A stretch of DNA of 59,738 bases, counting the filler, from Mitosporidium daphniae (Eukaryota), in the NCBI RefSeq assembly GCF_000760515.2. It is 2 parts of 2 records of this genome, joined end to end, with 100 filler letters (N's around TTAATTAATTAA, not from the genome) between each part and the next. Parts side by side here need not be neighbours in the genome. Positions count along the whole stretch, not along the records: positions 1 to 29,856 come from NW_013546223.1; 1 more part is not named here. One strand, given 5' to 3'. This document shows positions 1 to 10,843 of the stretch, in pieces (position 1 is the stretch's first letter; every line of letters begins with the position of its first letter). Below the pieces are notes generated by a model. It made no database searches and was not told the origin of the DNA. It was given only the letters and a program-made list of their open reading frames with translations. A program made the translations under genes and the position numbers.

Positions 1-981
1 GCATTTAGAACTGTATTTTGATTAAAAATGGGAGTTTGTGTTGAAAAAGAAGGATCAAACGATGCTTCTGGTGGACAGTCAAGGGGCAAACTAGAGCCAT
101 GCAGCTCTTTTACAGGAGAAGTTCCAGATTCGTTTAATCCTAAAATTAAATTCGTGTTTGAAGCACAGGTAGATGTGCAGGATGAAGGTGAAGATAGAAA
201 ATTCATCTCTCCCGGTGTAGGTGGAAGTACTTGAGCACCATCATCATTGATTGTAGTTGGCTTCTTTTGCTTTGGAAGCTTTCCCCATCCCCAAGACCAA
301 AATGAAGAAGACTGTCTTTCTTGATTGGCATTAGAACGAAGTCCAGCTATCGAGGTACTGTAGTCATAAATTTCAGAATCGCTCAACGAGTGACCCCGCA
401 TTATGATGAGATCATCATCTTGATCGTCATTATGACGATCCTCGTTGGTATCTTTGTTTTCAACCTGTTTTTCACGAGAGCTTGGAGTGATGCCAACCGA
501 TGATGTATAGTCAACTTCCGAATCTGAGAGCGGATAGGTTATTGTCGAGGGTATGACGGCCCTATCGCCCAGAGATAAGTTTGTCAAATTGGACAAAAGA
601 TCAGGTGATGGTTTTTGAGAATGGATCAATGGACTGGTAGCATATTCTTCCGGAACTGGATCCAGACTTTCAACCACGAAAAAACATTCCCCAGCCTCAC
701 CAACCTTCATACTTATAGATTTGAGTGGGGGAGAGCCATTAACAGAAACATCGACCTATTAATTCTAAATTAAGAACAAGAATTACTATTTTGTCTTGGG
801 GCAAAAGGACCTGAAGCTTTCCAAACCGCACGTGAAATGGGGAACATGAGAAGTGACCAGAGGCGTCTTCAACAACAATCACGTCTATTGCTCCAGTAAG
901 TGTTGATGGGTTAATGTCTCTGTAAAACTCGGATACCGATACAAATACTCGACCAACGCGTTCAACGAATTGCATGTCCAA
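1..981 (-). CDS. PAH1: Lipin/phosphatidate phosphatase, N-terminal part (runs off window start)
   Basis: N-LIP motif INPSTLTGAIDVIVVE...CSPFHVRFGKL. A 31-nt GTAATT..TAG intron at 756-786 restores ...MKVGEAGECFFVVE, and a WSWGWGKLP motif lies near 275-300. Confidence 0.93.
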
Positions 982-1209
982 TTGATCAAAGGGATTTTGA
1001 AAAAAATTATTTTAAATTCCCTTACAAGGTTGGCATTTTGATGGTGCATGCCATTTTATTCCATACCGCAATAGCCTTGCAAAATAATGCATGCTGCGAT
1101 GCAAAGTAATTGTATCACCGCGTTGTACTAATTTTAACCCTTGTGGCGCTTTTGGACTTTTGAGAAGCTTTATTTCCTTTGAGAGGAAAGGTTATGTGGA
1201 ATGTTCTCA

Positions 1210-2062
1210 TCAAATTGACTCCAAATATTCTGTCACTTCAGTTTGAGAAAGCAACACAAACTCAGGCGCCATGGATCGGGTTTGCCATTCTGGAATGTGT
1301 GTATTTACGGAAACATGGAAAGGGACCATTCTTAAGATCCCAATTTCTATACAGTCAGCAGAAAAGGAGGAGCCAGAAGCCCCACTGGCTTCATATCCCT
1401 CCTTAATTGCGAGAATAGCGGTATGAATTGCGTCTTCAAGGGTGGAGTCTTCTTGATATCGGCGCTCAAGAAAGGCCTTCGCATTTGCAGTATTTTTCCC
1501 AATGGCCGTTGCACGCCATTGCCAGAATGTCCCACTAGGGTCGATTTGGTAAAGCGAATGAGGTGTGATCGTTTTCCTCTGATTTCCATCACCGGTGGCA
1601 GCAGAATCGTCAAACCCGGCCACCAAAAACGAAACACCAAATGGGCGAACACCGCTATTCATTAAAAAGGCTTCCATACCCTGATTGTGTGTACTCTTGA
1701 ACGACAGAGGCAAGTTCCTTGACCAAAATTAAGGCAGTTGGATATTCTCTAAAAGCCATCCAATGCTTTTGAGCAATTTTTCGTGCCTTTGCAATAAGTA
1801 GTTTGGCATCAGGGCTTATTCCAGAGTAGACCAAGCCTAAGCCCGGCGCTACAAGGGTAACCCGGCTCTCCATCGTGTCAATAAGTGGTGAAGCAAGTCG
1901 CTTTTCAGCAGCGAGGACAATGCCCTCCTTCGTTTTTATGCCAACACTTGTATGCCCATTGAGCACCGCTTTTAGGGCATACTCGATTTGTACAAGCTTT
2001 CCGGTGGGTGAAAATGTGGTCAAGGAAAAAGAAAAGCGGTCACTGGCTGCATCGCTGGACAT
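1210..2062 (-). CDS. PRE8: 20S proteasome subunit alpha-2
   Basis: FSFSLTTFSPTGKLVQIEYAL. A 25-nt intron at 1655-1679 joins the two ORFs to give EYTQSGGVRPFGVS. Confidence 0.96.
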
Positions 2063-2207
2063 CGATCAATTTTAAAAATAATTTAATGCACTTGTTGCAG
2101 TCAATTGATGCGCAATTTTCAAATTTAATACACGGATATCCCTTGATTATCGATAATCCCCACATTAATGATTGCTCTTCAATGGGATTGTTGTTTGCAA
2201 ATGGCCA

Positions 2208-3056
2208 CTAATTAAACTTTATTAGGGAAAAGGTGCTTTTAGTGACGTTTCTCGGTAGGAGAGTGCCAAATAACTCGGCAAACGGACGAGAGGTCCCGCT
2301 TGGTACCTCTAAAGACCCAGAGCACGTAGAAATCCCATTGTTACTTCTCTCCCCGCTTTTAAGCCCCTTCCAGGCATCATGAGTATTTTGGATGACTTGA
2401 AGTGCGAACTCCTTATTCTTGAATTCGCCATTAAATGCAAAAGAGTTTTCCGGCTTTCCATCGGGGATTTTATATAACTTGAACCAGTCGCGAGTAGTTT
2501 CCAATAAACCGGGACATTTTTTCTTGACATCCTCAATATCAGATAATTCAGAAGCCAATGGATCTTCGGAATCAATGGCAATGATTTTCCAGTCTGTTTC
2601 GCCCTCATCTATCAGAGCAAGGGCACCGAGCACCTTGACTGACTTGATCTGGCCAGTGAACCCCTTTTGTGCACCAATCTCAATAACATCCAGCGGATCA
2701 TTATCTCCACGATAGCTCGTATGTTGGCAAGTTTCGGAAGGATCTTCCCACGTCTGGGGAAGGGCTCCATAGTTCCATGGGTATCCATTGAGAGGAAATA
2801 GATTGGCAACATATCTCAGAGCACCTTTTTTAACATCCTGCTTAATTGGATTGCCTTCTTCGCAAGTGGAAATCTCCAACTTTGCATTTGTCCAACGGGG
2901 GATTTCAAGTACAAAGTTGAATATATCGTCTTGTCCCGTTTTGAGGGGAACATCGTGGAAGAACGAAAGAACCTTTCCAGAATTTCCATCCTCAAGAAAT
3001 ACACGGTATGCTGGCGAATGTTCCTGGCCTAAGGTTCGCAAGTTATATGAAGCCAT
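2208..3056 (-). CDS. IPP1: Inorganic pyrophosphatase (family I)
   Basis: [37 protein letters not shown] and DEGETDWK motifs. Start placed at MASYNLR (3056), which follows a TTAAATTTT signal. Confidence 0.96.
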   Translation of the reverse strand: MASYNLRTLGQEHSPAYRVFLEDGNSGKVLSFFHDVPLKTGQDDIFNFVLEIPRWTNAKLEISTCEEGNPIKQDVKKGALRYVANLFPLNGYPWNYGALPQTWEDPSETCQHTSYRGDNDPLDVIEIGAQKGFTGQIKSVKVLGALALIDEGETDWKIIAIDSEDPLASELSDIEDVKKKCPGLLETTRDWFKLYKIPDGKPENSFAFNGEFKNKEFALQVIQNTHDAWKGLKSGERSNNGISTCSGSLEVPSGTSRPFAELFGTLLPRNVTKSTFSLIKFN

Positions 3057-3227
3057 TGAAGAGTAAAATTTAATTCTAAAAGACACAAGTCTAAGAATTG
3101 ATATTTTATCAATCCTGTTGATTTGCATGAAAGCAATTTAAATTGTGGGTTTGGATTGCTTTCAACTATGCTTGGAAATAAAAATTAATCCAATCTCGAA
3201 CATGATTTGTTTAATTTAAAATTAAAC

Positions 3228-3634
3228 ATGCTTGATTTTATGAATCCAGCCGGGGATGACGAGAGAATCAGGGAATTTATCATGCAAAACTACCGAGAAA
3301 TCCCCAGTCTTTTTGATTACAAGGGTACCGAAGAGATCAAATCTGTGCAGGTATTTCTTCCATCTTTATCCTTTAGGAACGAGTTGATTCTTACCTCTCG
3401 CTAAAGGAAACTGGGTTGCACTTTAACGAAAGGCTGATCTCCAATAGGGAGTTCCGAAATCCAAATATTTATGTGAAGCTGTTAGAATTTGCCGATCTGA
3501 ACGAATATGCGACGAACATAGAAAAAACCTCGTACGACCCAACCCGGTTTCTTCCCCATACATCCTACAAGCATCTTGGTGAGATGCAACGCGAGGAACA
3601 CAACCGCCGCTTGTCATCATCTTCTCATAAGTAA
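3228..3634 (+). CDS. HCNGP / SAP30-binding protein family
   Basis: HFNERLISNREFRNPNIYVKLLEFADLNEYATN...YDP resembles the HCNGP core. A 26-nt intron at 3351-3376 joins the two ORFs in frame. Confidence 0.8.
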
Positions 3635-3722
3635 CTTATGGTAGCGACTAGCGTCAATAACATGCATCATGATACTTACAACATGCACGGCATAACGTTA
3701 ATAAATAGACCCACCAAAATAT

Positions 3723-4926
3723 TTATGATTTATTGTAGGCGATTTCTCTCCGCCTTCCCTGGTGTTCGTTCTTTTTAATGCCGAGACTAGAATAAAAATG
3801 TAAAGGAGCAAACCCTGGGATGTTTCTTCTTAGCCCCTCCAATAACACGCAGGCTTTGCACAGCGGGTTGCTGGAGATATATCCGCATCTAGTACAGTTT
3901 TCTAATCAAGTATTGCAGTCAAAATCATACGTTGGACCGGTGCTGAGGGATCTCCAAGTGCACATACGGCAAGCTTAGCAAAAGACTCTCCAGATCGAAT
4001 GATGTCTACAATTAAGAAACGTGTCTACTTAGGATAATTCTAGGGTTCATCCTCTCCAACTGCTTCAAAAAGGTCCGAGCATGGCCCCTGTAGGCGTTTG
4101 GCGCATACTTGCACTCGGTTGAAAAATAAGTCAGCTTTTTGTGATATGCATACCTAAAATGAGTCAAAAGAAACTCCTACATAACAATCTCCTTTTCAAA
4201 TGTGTATTTGAATGGCTTCGATCGGGGAACGGTCCATGTAGATTTCTCCCCATCACACTCTGATGTGGAATCCTTTGGGTCAGAACATGTCCTTATAGAG
4301 GTGCATCGAGCAAGTCGAGGAACATCGCCCCTTAATACTATTTCAATGAGCAAAATCACTTACAATTCAGAAGCACAGTCTCTGCCATATCATCGGCATT
4401 ATGTCCAGTGACAATTGTACTGGCACCGATGAGCACTGCGCCTCGATCCAGAGCCTGTCTCCGAAATACACCGCAAAATGTGCAATTGTTTTTGTTTCCA
4501 ATCCTGGCAACAATTTTGTCCATCGTCCATCCTTCATATAGCTCTTCATAGGTTATTATTTTCAATGGAAGCCCATATTCAATTTGGTTCACTTTTACCG
4601 TCTAAAATTAGGAGTGTCCGCAGTGAAACCTCTAAAGAGTCGTCGCGATATCCAGAAATACCCTCATCTATGGAGAGCAAAAGTAAGTCCAAGTTATAAT
4701 TATATCGCTTATTGAGTGTCGTTAAAACATGTGCCAGAACCGTGGAATCTTTTCCTCCAGAAACAGCAATGGCAACCTTGTCACCGGGCTGGAAGAGGGA
4801 GCTAGAAGTTATTGTCTGATGGATTTCTTCCTCAAAGAGATAGAAAAAACACCCTTTGCACACGGCCTCTCCAGATAGTGAGCGTCTAATGATGGCACGG
4901 GCAGAGGTGCATCTAACACACTGCAT
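3723..4926 (-). CDS. NCS6: Cytoplasmic tRNA 2-thiolation protein 1 (CTU1/Ncs6), multi-exon
   Basis: N-terminal CxxC..CxxC, PP-loop [51 protein letters not shown] and C-terminal [16 protein letters not shown]. Several ~25-30 nt introns (e.g. 4602-4629). Confidence 0.95.
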
Positions 4927-4976
4927 TACAAAATCTTTTCCAAAAGTTAATTTTTTTAATTAATTTTATCTCCCCA

Positions 4977-6477
4977 TTAATGAGAAATATATCTCCACAA
5001 GCGCTCGGAGGCAAGGAGCCGCGCAGAGATCTCTACTTTGTCATCTAAGATAAAAATCAAATCCTCCTCAATCCATTTTATCGGGTGTTCCTCCTGGAAT
5101 GCAAGAGTAGAATTTTTGTAATAAGAAATTGCAGCGACAACCAGTCTTCCCCGACATTCTGGATCGCTTTTCCCAAGAATATTTTGCAACTCTCTCAGCG
5201 ACAGTTCCATTTCGCGTGTATATTTTTTTCTAGATCTCATTTCTGCTTTTGATTTGAACAGGATGGAAGATATCCATTTCCATGTTCCAAACACAATCAG
5301 CAAGGAGGGGACCGCGGCAAGAATGGCAAAATTTAATTCATTTGCACGCAATAGTTGATCCAGTGCTTCTAGTGCAGCACTTGCGTCTACCCTGGTTTTT
5401 TGAGCTTGGATTAAACCAAGTCTAATCAAATCAACTGAAAACAAAAATGAAAAATCGATCAATACCAGGGTGCCTTAGAGGACTTGAAAGCCTCTCCTCA
5501 TAGTCCAAATAAATCAAATTGAGCCCCTGGCCTTCTTCAGTGATGGAATATTTTTTTTCGGCAACGTAATCGGCCACCATTCGCTTTAAGCTCTAAGAGT
5601 TAAATATTCCACCTGCCTCTGCATCAGATGAGAGTGAAGATTCAATGCCAAATTTTCTCGTTTTATATCTGATCATAGCCCACATGTCTTTTAAAGGAGA
5701 TATGATCCATTTGATTGACGCAGATATTAGTGTCTCTTTTAATTGGACAAATTTGTCTAGCCACCACTCAACGTTCATCACTGCGATAAGATGGCCGATG
5801 GAAGCACAAGAAGCAAAGACTAAAAGTGCCATTGGCCAAGTTCTTAAAATCAAATTTGGCTTTCTAAACGTGGTCAATGATATGGGCGATTCTAGCAGCG
5901 ATTTCTGATATGTGAGTTGAGGTAAAATTTCGGAAATGTATTTCTCATCACCTTTTAAAGCAGCCATCCACTGGAAATTCATTAATGCCGAAATTTGAAT
6001 AAATATTTCCATCTTTTTCTGGTGTATTTGAGAGCGAAACGAGTTCTTTGAAAACACAAACCATAGAGGTTTTTTTTGGATGTAATAAACAGGTCCTACT
6101 TTTAATTTTGCCTTATCACGCTTACATGCCAATGAATAATAACAGAAACCAACGGGGGATTTTAAAGCCGATGCCCAGAACCGAAAATCTTCATTTAACC
6201 CTTCAAGTAGGGAATAAAGCTCCATGATCTTTCTTCCACACACGAGAAACAAGAAAAAAGTTTTATATAATGTTGGTTCTGCGTGTTTTCCCTCAAAAAG
6301 AAAAGATACCATTTCAGTAAGTCGAGTAGCCCCGAGCATCGCTGAATAAACGAAAGGGTCTTTTTGAAGGAAAGTAAATGCTTCACTTTTTAAAATCATT
6401 TCTTTGATAAGTTTAGGATCAACACAAGAGAAAATATTGGCATCTGCCATAGGCCTGCTGGTAAAGGGGATCTGCAT
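4977..6477 (-). CDS. NCA2: NCA2/DGS1 family mitochondrial protein (nuclear control of ATPase)
   Basis: [15 protein letters not shown]...[19 protein letters not shown] and [16 protein letters not shown]. Introns at 5593-5616 and near 5435-5465. Start codon uncertain. Confidence 0.82.
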
Positions 6478-6660
6478 GTCTTTTGCTGCAAGTTGATATG
6501 TGCTGAATTTCAAGAATCCAAAGTTGTAAATGAGAATGTTCAAAAGTAAATTTTAGTACACACCAAATTGCAGTTTCAAACCAACAAATTCCGAATCAAT
6601 TGAGATCAAAGCATACAAGTGCAAATATTACAAAATAAAGCTTTAAATCAAACCCATAAG

Positions 6661-7145
6661 ATGAATGAAAGGCCTTCATTGGCCCCGCCATCAGACCTTC
6701 ATCGTATGGTATGTGACTACTACAAGCTGGATGCACCAGAGGTATTAGAAATCCCATTGTTAGGAAAGTCATTTTCTGAATTGAATGGCATCAATTTTGA
6801 TGTGGAAAGCTATTTTGCATTTAAGCTTCTGCCTGAGCTAAATCTGAAATCTTTTAAAAATCTGATGCAAACCCTTAACAAAGGTATGTTCTCAAGCTTA
6901 CTTTCAGAAATTGAGCTCCTTTCTCACGAATATTCCAAGGTGCTTCGCGAGGACTGGTCATCAATGCTTATTCAAAATGGCTCTTCCCCAAATTGCTCTA
7001 ACATTGGAATTGGAAGTTTAGACTCTGATATTGTAACCCTAGTTTAAATTTATTTTAACATTAACAGGAATTTTGGAATTTTCTTAAATTAGAGTCTGAT
7101 AAGGACCTTGCTCTAATTGGCCAGTTCTCAGACGAATCGCAATAA
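6661..7145 (+). CDS. Short Vps51/Ang2-domain protein (GARP subunit-like)
   Basis: DYYKL...LNGINFDVESYF..L pattern resembles the Vps51 N-terminal domain. Introns at 6884-6907 and 7042-7067. The stop lies inside AATAAA. Confidence 0.6.
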
Positions 7146-7197
7146 ACCAAACCTCGTTGCATGTTGATGCCAGTAAAAAAACAAACGCATCGTGATC

Positions 7198-8691
7198 ATG
7201 TTTATGGGTCTATGGACCTCATTTTTGTTTTCTATATTCTCTTTGCTCGTATATCCCTCTTGGGTCTCATCACGCTACTTGCATAGGGAATGTGACTCTA
7301 AGGATGATTTGGGATACTTCTCCATAAGAGACTGCTTTTATATTGAAAATAAAGCAGCATCCGTTATTTTAACATCAGGACATTTTAGTGAGGATCACAA
7401 TCTCGGTGCCATCATCGCAGTCGAAAGGTCTACAAACAAGAAAATTTTTAACGCGTCTTCGCTCATATGGTACCTTTCTCCAAAAACAGGCCAATTATTC
7501 AATTTATGGGAGGATATGTTTCGGATGGAGCCCTTTTCTCAAGGTCCACACCCACGATATATTTGTCTGCGGCCAAGAACGCTAGAACACGAAGAGCGAT
7601 CTTCTTGGGTTATCGAAGAAGATCCAATCGCAACAGAAAGTGATTCTAAACTGTTGGTGAGACACGAGGCATCTGGTCGTATATTAACATTTAATGGAGT
7701 AAATCGCTCAGTTTCTCTTGAACCACACAGAGAATTCATCGGCAAGGGTGGTCTTTCTGCTGTTGCCCACACTTGCGAGCCATTTCGCCTTAAACATGCA
7801 TCTTCTTTTTACCAAAAGCCTATGGAAGATTCTCTAACCACGTATAGATCTTCAATCACCGATCAGCGATGGAGTTTTGTGCCATTTGCCGAATCTCTCT
7901 TTATGATCATAACACAAAGAAAGAATAACAGCTATTTGGCGATCTCTGACAGTCATACTACTATCAATGGTACAAGAAGAGTGACGACAGCAGCGCTAGA
8001 TATTGATGATCCGCGGCAAATTTGGTTCACTGAATTTACATCCCAAATGGGTGATAGTGAAGTGATAAGGAACTTGGCGACCGGACAGATCCTCGACGCA
8101 GCAATTAATGATAATGAAGAGAATTCGGATCCTTTTTTCGACTTGCCATCTCGAAACGACTTTCTCGGTAATGATGATGAAGAGGAAGAAGAGGAAGAAG
8201 AAGCAGAGTCCTATAAAAAAGATTCTATATACCTCGTCACTTGCCCTTTTTTTCGCTCCTGCAAAAATTACAGTGAATATCCATTCTGGAATTTTGATTT
8301 TTTCCTGAAACGATTTTCCATCCATCTACCAGATCTTGTGAAAAGACAATCAGAGCAAAGAAACCCATCCGTCACGTTCTCCAGTGGTCGACTTGTACAA
8401 AAAAAGAGCAAGGAAAAACGCATGGCCGATGCACTTTCGTTTATGGATCCAAACAGCAAAGAGACATGCATATCTCTGCGTCTCCATAAGGATATCTCCA
8501 ACTTTGCCATTTCATTAAAGCAAGAGGAGGGGAATGCGTTAATGCTGGAGCATGTTATTGACAAATATTTGCCAGATGGTACTATCGATAAAGCCAAAAT
8601 TCCCTCACGCCAGTACTGGGTGCGCTTGCCTCTAAATGAAGCGGACGACCCTATGGCCTTAGCTGCTCTCACCAGTGGAAAAATGAACTAA
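7198..8691 (+). CDS. Secreted protein with putative ricin-B (beta-trefoil) lectin repeats
   Basis: Hydrophobic N-terminal signal peptide, QxW motifs (DQRWSF, PRQIWF, RQYWV), IRNLATGQILD and an acidic poly-E linker. Intronless 1.5-kb ORF. Confidence 0.6.
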   Translation: MFMGLWTSFLFSIFSLLVYPSWVSSRYLHRECDSKDDLGYFSIRDCFYIENKAASVILTSGHFSEDHNLGAIIAVERSTNKKIFNASSLIWYLSPKTGQLFNLWEDMFRMEPFSQGPHPRYICLRPRTLEHEERSSWVIEEDPIATESDSKLLVRHEASGRILTFNGVNRSVSLEPHREFIGKGGLSAVAHTCEPFRLKHASSFYQKPMEDSLTTYRSSITDQRWSFVPFAESLFMIITQRKNNSYLAISDSHTTINGTRRVTTAALDIDDPRQIWFTEFTSQMGDSEVIRNLATGQILDAAINDNEENSDPFFDLPSRNDFLGNDDEEEEEEEEAESYKKDSIYLVTCPFFRSCKNYSEYPFWNFDFFLKRFSIHLPDLVKRQSEQRNPSVTFSSGRLVQKKSKEKRMADALSFMDPNSKETCISLRLHKDISNFAISLKQEEGNALMLEHVIDKYLPDGTIDKAKIPSRQYWVRLPLNEADDPMALAALTSGKMN

Positions 8692-9067
8692 CATCAGTAG
8701 ACGTCTTTTTCGACGGAAAAAATCGCTATATAGATGTGTGTAGGGTTCTACGACTACAAGGTATATAGGCAGCCTGGGTAATTTAAGTCTCTTCAGATCA
8801 AAAGAAGAAATGAAGTTAGTCCATGTATGCTGACGCGAACTTATGTGTGCATCGATTTGAACAGATGATAGTGGCCGTTTAGCCCATAGAAATAAACTGC
8901 AAGTTTACAAGTAACCATTTGCCTTTTTTCAGCAACCATTTGATGGGAGTAACCCTGGTCCGATGCCGTCCCCCATTCAAAGATAGATGCGAGTAACATA
9001 CACACCAATTCAACAAGCAGTTTTATGTTTTAATTTTTCGCCAAATGGGTTTTGTATAATAAATTAG

Positions 9068-10654
9068 TTAGGTTCTTGCCAGACGAATGGCAATCATGAA
9101 GAAAGGGGATGTTCCTGATTTCAGATAGTCCACTGATATCTGCGTATTTCCTTGGACACAAATCACATAAAGCGTATTGGAAATCGTCGGGTCAATTTCA
9201 ATCATCTCCTCCACGCTTTCCCGAGAGCCTCGCTTGACCTTGCCATGAATTTTATCTCTCGATGCGGTCGTATCTTTACAGATGCCAAGACAGGCTTTGG
9301 GACCAATGTGCCTCTCTGCTTTTCGCTTAACGAGCGAGGCATACTTGATGAGTGATTTTGGAGTAGTAGGATTTTCAGAAGGCTTATGCGGTACAAAAAG
9401 AAGTAGATCAAGAGACTGTTCTTTGCCATTAGGAAAGTCATCGTGTATGACCTGGTAGGAACCAGGCATAAAGTGGTGGATTGACGAAGAAACCACTGAA
9501 AAACACCTTTCATCGATACTGCGGTAACCCGAAATTATTGACTGGATCAACGAGTCCTTGTCAGAAAGCCCAACACACTCGTAATAGTGGCGGTAGTTTG
9601 GAGGTCCCGCCAACTGCCAAGAACCAGAATTTAACAGACCCGAATACTCTACACATAATCCTTCAAAAAATGAATGCAAAGAAACCACGCGGTTTTTTCG
9701 CAAAACTGTCATGACCGATGAACACACTTGAGGACTTTTGTAAAATCGGTTGGTAGCAACAAGCTCTGAAACGAATATGTTTGGAGAGACACAGGCAATG
9801 GCTTCATTAGGATTTTGGAGACCGACCTCTTTCTGGCAAATAGCCTCGACGTCGCTCGGAATTACCTTGTCAGATGCGTAGAACCAACCAGAGAGGGAGA
9901 CGCGCGTGCCACCAAAGATTTCTTCAACCGCATGAAACGAGCGATCTGAAACCGCAAAGAAGATCAACATATTGCGACATGGGTGTACGCAATCAACAAC
10001 TACCGTCGGATATAAACGATGCATTATCGGAGCCGCACCAAACAGCTGCAAAGAACCCCCGAAAAGGGGTTCCTCATCAACAACATAAAGAACCCATGCA
10101 AAAAGCCGGCCCTCAAGTGCATCATCATGGCATAACAGAAACGAGCCAGGTAAATAAACTTGCGCAGCGATAGCCATCTGTTTCAGATCGATGGTCTGCC
10201 CCGTGAGCGATTCGAGCAGTGTCATTACGGGTGAGGGGTTTTCCTGTGCTGTAAAAAGGGTTACCGCTACTCTTATTGCCGGAAAATTGGCTATACCCCC
10301 ATCAGCAGGTCTCACATTTTTGTCAGCATCGCAGGTGGTAGTATTTTCCCGCAGCGTTTTGAGATCCATTGACTGGAAAAAATCATGAAGGTCGTTTCGG
10401 CGATGGAAAAAGCGCACTACTTTGTGACACTCATCTGTTTCGGCTGTTTTTTTTTGCTGGGCATAAAGTATTTCATGGCGCATGGTGTCGATAAGAGAAG
10501 CATCGGAGACAAAATTTGGAAGGGATGCGAATTGGAACGGGAAGCTCCTGAGTATAGCGCCCGTTTCTTTGTCCTCAAAAGGCTTGCCTGCGAGAAACGC
10601 CGTCCTAAAGTGGTTGATGAAGTTGGATGCTGTATATGCTGCATTGATGTCCAT
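9068..10654 (-). CDS. TPA1: Prolyl 3,4-dihydroxylase TPA1/OGFOD1 (2OG-Fe oxygenase)
   Basis: PFQFASLPNF, LLCHDDALEGR, SFHAVEEI and RVSLSGWF motifs, with a degenerate second oxygenase domain. Confidence 0.9.
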   Translation of the reverse strand: MDINAAYTASNFINHFRTAFLAGKPFEDKETGAILRSFPFQFASLPNFVSDASLIDTMRHEILYAQQKKTAETDECHKVVRFFHRRNDLHDFFQSMDLKTLRENTTTCDADKNVRPADGGIANFPAIRVAVTLFTAQENPSPVMTLLESLTGQTIDLKQMAIAAQVYLPGSFLLCHDDALEGRLFAWVLYVVDEEPLFGGSLQLFGAAPIMHRLYPTVVVDCVHPCRNMLIFFAVSDRSFHAVEEIFGGTRVSLSGWFYASDKVIPSDVEAICQKEVGLQNPNEAIACVSPNIFVSELVATNRFYKSPQVCSSVMTVLRKNRVVSLHSFFEGLCVEYSGLLNSGSWQLAGPPNYRHYYECVGLSDKDSLIQSIISGYRSIDERCFSVVSSSIHHFMPGSYQVIHDDFPNGKEQSLDLLLFVPHKPSENPTTPKSLIKYASLVKRKAERHIGPKACLGICKDTTASRDKIHGKVKRGSRESVEEMIEIDPTISNTLYVICVQGNTQISVDYLKSGTSPFFMIAIRLART

Positions 10655-10843
10655 GTTAGTTGATGTTAAATTTAATTAAATTCCAGAGTTCCAAGTCGGG
10701 GTTTTCACACAAGACCATGCGATTACGGTTCCCTGTGGTGGTAGGTGGATTTGAGTTTAAATGTCATTGACAGCAAGAGTAGGCTTGATACCATCTCCCA
10801 ATAAACCGATGTGTATTTAATCGTGACGGGTGTGTTTAACGCC

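Noticed and set aside
1210..2062. Apparent frameshifts or pseudogenes (PRE8, CTU1, DIM1, SEC61, MCM7 and others)
   Set aside because: The breaks examined are bridged by GT/GC-AG micro-introns that restore conserved sequence, so neither programmed frameshifting nor pseudogenisation is needed.
8692..9067. 375-bp gap between the lectin-like gene and TPA1 as a possible ncRNA
   Set aside because: No snRNA or snoRNA hallmark or strong helix was found, and an AATAAA at about 8891 fits a 3' UTR of convergent genes.
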